A DNA stretch of 64,000 nt, from the NCBI GenBank assembly GCA_964648775.1, contig CAZYNA010000003.1, positions 18,807-82,806 on the forward strand. The letters run 5' to 3'. Positions 59,795 to 64,000 of the stretch are shown here, piece after piece. The notes below the pieces were generated by a model. It ran no database searches. It was not told the origin of the DNA and was given only the letters and a program-made list of their open reading frames with translations. Positions within the stretch are counted from its first letter, which is position 1. Each line of letters starts with the position of its first letter. Position numbers and translations under genes: made by a program. The stretch comes from an uncultured Proteiniphilum sp. (GTDB lineage Bacteria > Bacteroidota > Bacteroidia > Bacteroidales > Dysgonomonadaceae).

Positions 59795-61129
59795 ATGAAA
59801 ACAATTTCTAAGCCGTCGCAGGCAAAATGGAAAAAGCTGGCAGAGAGACCGCTCATTAAGCAGCAAAAGCTAATGAGCACGGTGGAAAAGATGTTTTATA
59901 ATATTCACAGAAAAGGTGATAAAGCAGTTCTCCAATACAGTCGGAAGTTTGATTTTGCGCAACAGGAAACGCTGTTAGTAAGTAAAGAAACGATAGATAG
60001 TGCTGAAGAAAAAGTATCTGAGCGATTAAAACAAGCTATTGCTCTGGCTAAAAATAATATCGAAGTTTTTCATAGATCGCAGCAAGAGCAAGTTCTTAAA
60101 GTAGAGACTTCACCCGGAGTTTTTTGCTGGAGAGAATCGCGACCAATTGAGAATGTTGGTATTTATGTGCCCGGGGGTAGTGCCCCACTCTTTTCAACGG
60201 TATTGATGCTTGCCCTTCCTGCACAAATTGCCGGTTGTAAGGAAATTGTACTATGCACCCCCCCTAATGAAGAGGGCGAGATTGATCCGGCAATTCTATA
60301 TACAGCTAAGATTTCGGGAGTCTCTAAAATATTTGCAGTGGGTGGCATTCAGGCTATTGGAGCAATGACTTTCGGAACAGAGACCATTCCTAAAGCAGAT
60401 AAGATATTCGGACCGGGCAATCAGTACGTTATGGCAGCCAAACGTTCAGCGCAGTATTATGGAGTGGCTATTGATATGCCCGCCGGTCCCAGCGAATTGC
60501 TCGTTATTGCTGATGACACCTGCAACCCGTCGTTTGTGGCAGCCGACCTGCTTTCGCAGGCGGAGCACGGACCTGACAGTCAGGTTATTCTCCTTTCAAA
60601 CGATAAGAAAATCATTAAGAATATTAATAAAGAGATTGATCTTCAGCTGGTAAACTTGCCAAGGCAGGATATCGCTCAGCAGGCATTAAAAAACAGTAAA
60701 GCAATCTATTTTAGTGATATTGATGAGTGCATAGAGTTCAGCAACTATTACGCACCTGAGCATCTTATACTTGCAATAGAAAACCCTGCCCTTAACAGCA
60801 GAGGCGTAATGAGCGCAGGATCGGTCTTTCTTGGCAACTGGAGCAGCGAGAGTGCCGGTGATTATGCAAGTGGAACCAACCACACCCTTCCCACCGATGG
60901 AAATGCAAGGGCTTACAGCGGTGTTTCTCTCGACAGCTTTATTAAGAAAATCACTTTCCAGCAAATCGAAGAAGATGGCATTTTAAGCATTGGCAATGCA
61001 GTAGAAACAATGGCGGAAGCAGAACAACTCTATGCACATAAAAATGCTATGACACTACGCATGGGAGCCGTTACAGGTATAAGAATACAATCTGAAGAGT
61101 CAACTGATACAACTTATGAGCAACTTTAA
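59795..61129 (+). CDS. hisD: histidinol dehydrogenase
   Basis: 444 aa. Motifs QAEHGPDSQ and AGDYASGTNHTLPT. Confidence 0.95.
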   Translation: MKTISKPSQAKWKKLAERPLIKQQKLMSTVEKMFYNIHRKGDKAVLQYSRKFDFAQQETLLVSKETIDSAEEKVSERLKQAIALAKNNIEVFHRSQQEQVLKVETSPGVFCWRESRPIENVGIYVPGGSAPLFSTVLMLALPAQIAGCKEIVLCTPPNEEGEIDPAILYTAKISGVSKIFAVGGIQAIGAMTFGTETIPKADKIFGPGNQYVMAAKRSAQYYGVAIDMPAGPSELLVIADDTCNPSFVAADLLSQAEHGPDSQVILLSNDKKIIKNINKEIDLQLVNLPRQDIAQQALKNSKAIYFSDIDECIEFSNYYAPEHLILAIENPALNSRGVMSAGSVFLGNWSSESAGDYASGTNHTLPTDGNARAYSGVSLDSFIKKITFQQIEEDGILSIGNAVETMAEAEQLYAHKNAMTLRMGAVTGIRIQSEESTDTTYEQL

Positions 61130-62138
61130 TTTAAAATCACTTGTACGCACAAACATCTGGGAACTGAAACCCTACTCAAGTGCACGTGACGAGTTTTCGG
61201 GTGATGAGGGAGTTTTTCTTGATGCAAACGAAAATCCTTTTGGAGAAAATAATCGTTACCCCGATCCGCACCAGAGAAGATTAAAAAAAGCGTTGTCGGA
61301 CAGGGATAATGTACCGGTTGATAATATATTTATTGGCAATGGCAGTGATGAAGTAATCGATCTTGTTTACCGTGTTTTCTGTGAACCTCAGAAAGATAGC
61401 GTAATAATTTGTCCACCAACCTACGGAATGTATGAAGTATCGGCAAACATCAACAATATAAATATTATAAATATTCCTTTAAACGACAATTTTGAGCTTA
61501 ATCACTCAGAGATTCTCTCAAACACGGCCAAATGCCTTTTCATTTGCTCGCCCAACAACCCCACTGCCAATATATTAAAAGATGTGGACAGTCTGATTAG
61601 CAACTTTAAAGGAATTGTTATTGTAGATGAGGCTTATATTGATTTCAGTGAGTCGGTTAGTTACTCAAAAAGGCTCGCTGAATTCCCTAACCTGATTGTT
61701 ATGCAAACGTTTAGTAAGGCATGGGGATTAGCCTCAGCTCGTGTGGGCATCGCTTACGCAAGTAAAGAAATAATCAGCCTGATGGATAAAGCCAAACCTC
61801 CCTACAATGTAAGCAAGCTAAATCAGGAAGCTGCTATTCAAGCTCTTTCTCAATCAGATCTGTTTGAGCAGCAACTCAAAACCATCCTCCAACAGCGTTC
61901 TCAATTAGCAAAAGAGTTATCACAACTTCCAATCGTTAAGCACATCTATCCTTCAGATGCAAACTTCCTGCTTGTAAAAGTGGATAACGCCAACAGGGTT
62001 TATAACTATCTGGTTTCAAAGAAAGTGATTATCCGTAATCGCAACTCTGTTATAAACAACTGTATCCGTATTACTGTTGGTACGCCCCGGGAGAACCAAA
62101 TATTAATTGATGAGCTGAAAAAATATTCAGCCAACTGA
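61116..62138 (+). CDS. hisC: histidinol-phosphate aminotransferase
   Basis: 340 aa. PLP lysine context [10 protein letters not shown]. Overlaps the end of hisD by 14 nt. Confidence 0.9.
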   Translation: MSNFNLKSLVRTNIWELKPYSSARDEFSGDEGVFLDANENPFGENNRYPDPHQRRLKKALSDRDNVPVDNIFIGNGSDEVIDLVYRVFCEPQKDSVIICPPTYGMYEVSANINNINIINIPLNDNFELNHSEILSNTAKCLFICSPNNPTANILKDVDSLISNFKGIVIVDEAYIDFSESVSYSKRLAEFPNLIVMQTFSKAWGLASARVGIAYASKEIISLMDKAKPPYNVSKLNQEAAIQALSQSDLFEQQLKTILQQRSQLAKELSQLPIVKHIYPSDANFLLVKVDNANRVYNYLVSKKVIIRNRNSVINNCIRITVGTPRENQILIDELKKYSAN

Positions 62139-62157
62139 TAAAAACATAAATAATAAA

Positions 62158-63246
62158 ATGAAAAAAGTACTTTTTATTGATAGAGACGGAACTCTGATTA
62201 TTGAACCAAACGATGAGCAAATTGATAGTTTAGAAAAACTGGAGTACTACCCAAAAGTATTTCAGTCACTTTCTAAAATAGCAAGGGAGCTTGAGTATGA
62301 ACTGGTTATGGTTACTAATCAGGATGGATTGGGTACCGACTCATACCCGGAGGATACATTCTGGCCAACTCATAATAAAATTATTAAAGCATTCGAAAAC
62401 GAAGGTGTCTTTTTCAGTGAAATACTTATCGATAAATCATTCCCGCACGAGAATCTACCAACAAGAAAACCGGGTACTGCAATGTTAACCCACTACATCA
62501 AAGGAGATTATGATTTAAGTAACTCTTTTGTTATTGGCGACAGAATTACAGACGTGGAACTGGCTGATAATATGAATTGTAAGTCCATTTTAATAAGTAA
62601 AGATTTATATCCTGCAGCCGATTTATGTACAACTGACTGGGAGGAGATTTACAGATTTTTGAAATCACAACCCCGCGTTGGCAAGGTTAAAAGAAAAACC
62701 AACGAGACTGATATTGAAGTGGAAATTAATTTAGACGGTACAGGAAAAAGTGATATTAATACCGGTATCGCATTCTTCGATCATATGCTTGATCAGATTG
62801 CCCGACACGGAGGTTTGGATTTGATTATTAATGTAAACGGCGACTTAGATGTCGACGAGCACCACACAATCGAGGATGTAGGGATATCTCTGGGCGAAGC
62901 GTTTCTGCAAGCATTAGGAAAGAAAAAAGGCGTTGAGCGATATGGCTTCCTGCTGCCAATGGACGACTGCCTTGCGCAAGTCGCAATTGATTTTGGAGGC
63001 CGCCCCTGGTTAGTTTGGGATGCCGATTTCAAAAGAGAATTTATAGGTGAAATGCCTACTGAAATGTTTATGCACTTCTTTAAATCATTTAGCGACAATG
63101 CAAAATGCAATTTAAATATGAAAGCAGAGGGAGACAATGAACATCATAAAATTGAAGCGCTGTTCAAGGCATTTGCAAGAGCCATTAAAATGGCAGTTAA
63201 GGTGGGCGAAGGCGGTGCAATACCAAGTACAAAAGGAACGCTCTAA
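62158..63246 (+). CDS. hisB: bifunctional histidinol-phosphatase / imidazoleglycerol-phosphate dehydratase
   Basis: 362 aa. HAD motif FIDRDGTLI at the N-terminus and IGPD motifs ([21 protein letters not shown]) in the C-terminal half. Confidence 0.9.
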   Translation: MKKVLFIDRDGTLIIEPNDEQIDSLEKLEYYPKVFQSLSKIARELEYELVMVTNQDGLGTDSYPEDTFWPTHNKIIKAFENEGVFFSEILIDKSFPHENLPTRKPGTAMLTHYIKGDYDLSNSFVIGDRITDVELADNMNCKSILISKDLYPAADLCTTDWEEIYRFLKSQPRVGKVKRKTNETDIEVEINLDGTGKSDINTGIAFFDHMLDQIARHGGLDLIINVNGDLDVDEHHTIEDVGISLGEAFLQALGKKKGVERYGFLLPMDDCLAQVAIDFGGRPWLVWDADFKREFIGEMPTEMFMHFFKSFSDNAKCNLNMKAEGDNEHHKIEALFKAFARAIKMAVKVGEGGAIPSTKGTL

Positions 63247-63291
63247 GCGTCTTAAAACAAACATCAATTGCTTTACAACTAAAGATATATA

Positions 63292-64000
63292 ATGAGAATA
63301 ATTCCTGCAATAGATATTATAAATGGGAAGTGTGTGCGACTAACCAAAGGCGACTACAACACTAAAATAATCTACAACGAGAATCCTCTCGAAGTGGCTA
63401 AGGAGTTTGAGGCTAATGGAATTAAGTATCTGCATCTAGTAGATCTGGATGGGGCTAAATCCAAACAGATTATCAACCATAAAGTACTGTATGATATTGC
63501 TTCAAATACGTCGCTTAGTATCGACTTCGGCGGTGGCATTAAATCTAAAAAAGATGTTGAAACAGCTTTTGAGAATGGTGCAAAACAGATTACGGGAGGT
63601 AGTATTGCTGTCGACTCTCCCACTCTTTTCAACGAGCTATTAAACACCTATGGCGCGGAAAGAATTATTCTTGGCGCCGACAGTCACAATGACAAAATAG
63701 CAACACACGGATGGCAAAAGCACTCCGATATAAATCTTATTGATTTCATTAAAGAGTACAAAAACAAAGGAGTAAAATATGTAATATGCACAGATATTTC
63801 TAAGGATGGTATGCTCGAAGGACCTTCAACCGATTTATACGAGAAGATTCTTGAGTTAATTGATATTCAACTGATTGCGAGTGGTGGAATTACTTCAATA
63901 AATGATTTGACTGCACTAAAGGAAATTGGTTGTGAAGGAGCAATAATCGGCAAAGCTATTTATGAGGGCAAGATAAAACTCCATGAGTTGCAGGAGTTCA
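63292..64000 (+). CDS. hisA: 1-(5-phosphoribosyl)-5-[(5-phosphoribosylamino)methylideneamino]imidazole-4-carboxamide isomerase, 3' end off the window
   Basis: ATG at 63292 gives [22 protein letters not shown]… and stays open to the window end (…[17 protein letters not shown]). It is absent from the ORF track because there is no stop. Confidence 0.85.
   Translation, partial: MRIIPAIDIINGKCVRLTKGDYNTKIIYNENPLEVAKEFEANGIKYLHLVDLDGAKSKQIINHKVLYDIASNTSLSIDFGGGIKSKKDVETAFENGAKQITGGSIAVDSPTLFNELLNTYGAERIILGADSHNDKIATHGWQKHSDINLIDFIKEYKNKGVKYVICTDISKDGMLEGPSTDLYEKILELIDIQLIASGGITSINDLTALKEIGCEGAIIGKAIYEGKIKLHELQEF

Overview
AT-rich chromosomal segment from a Bacteroidota genome. This is supported by a SusC/SusD pair, recurrent TAnnTTTG-type -7 boxes (often exactly TATCTTTG), A-rich leaders without Shine-Dalgarno sequences, and the DUF3575/DUF3868 pair. 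Most of the window is core housekeeping: tyrS, tRNA-Gln, carB, a galM-gluP-galK cluster, fabG, tig-clpP-clpX-recQ, dxs, trkAH, clpB, proS and hisGDCB-A. I found no CRISPR array, transposase, integrase, toxin-antitoxin pair or recognisable defence system. The features worth a second look are mainly non-coding. (1) Two homologous ~100-bp modules lie 31 kb apart in inverted orientation. Each has seven direct repeats in perfect 11-bp register (GTAYGAAY core) plus one inverted unit, and each sits 75-101 bp upstream of the carB or proS promoter. (2) The carB leader contains a strong intrinsic terminator overlapped by a short Arg-rich ORF. (3) An orphan terminator lies in the leader of a cytoplasmic GT4-GH130-GT4 operon. 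(4) A classical His leader-peptide attenuator precedes hisG. (5) A 33-bp tandem repeat lies upstream of tyrS. On the coding side, the SusC/SusD locus carries no glycoside hydrolase. Its cargo is a TAT-exported Gfo/Idh/MocA oxidoreductase, a DUF1080 (3-keto-disaccharide hydrolase family) lipoprotein and a xylose-isomerase-like TIM-barrel lipoprotein, which is the signature of oxidative, non-hydrolytic glycoside cleavage. A decayed two-gene cassette lies next to tRNA-Gln. All family assignments come from reading the translations and from memory, not from database searches.
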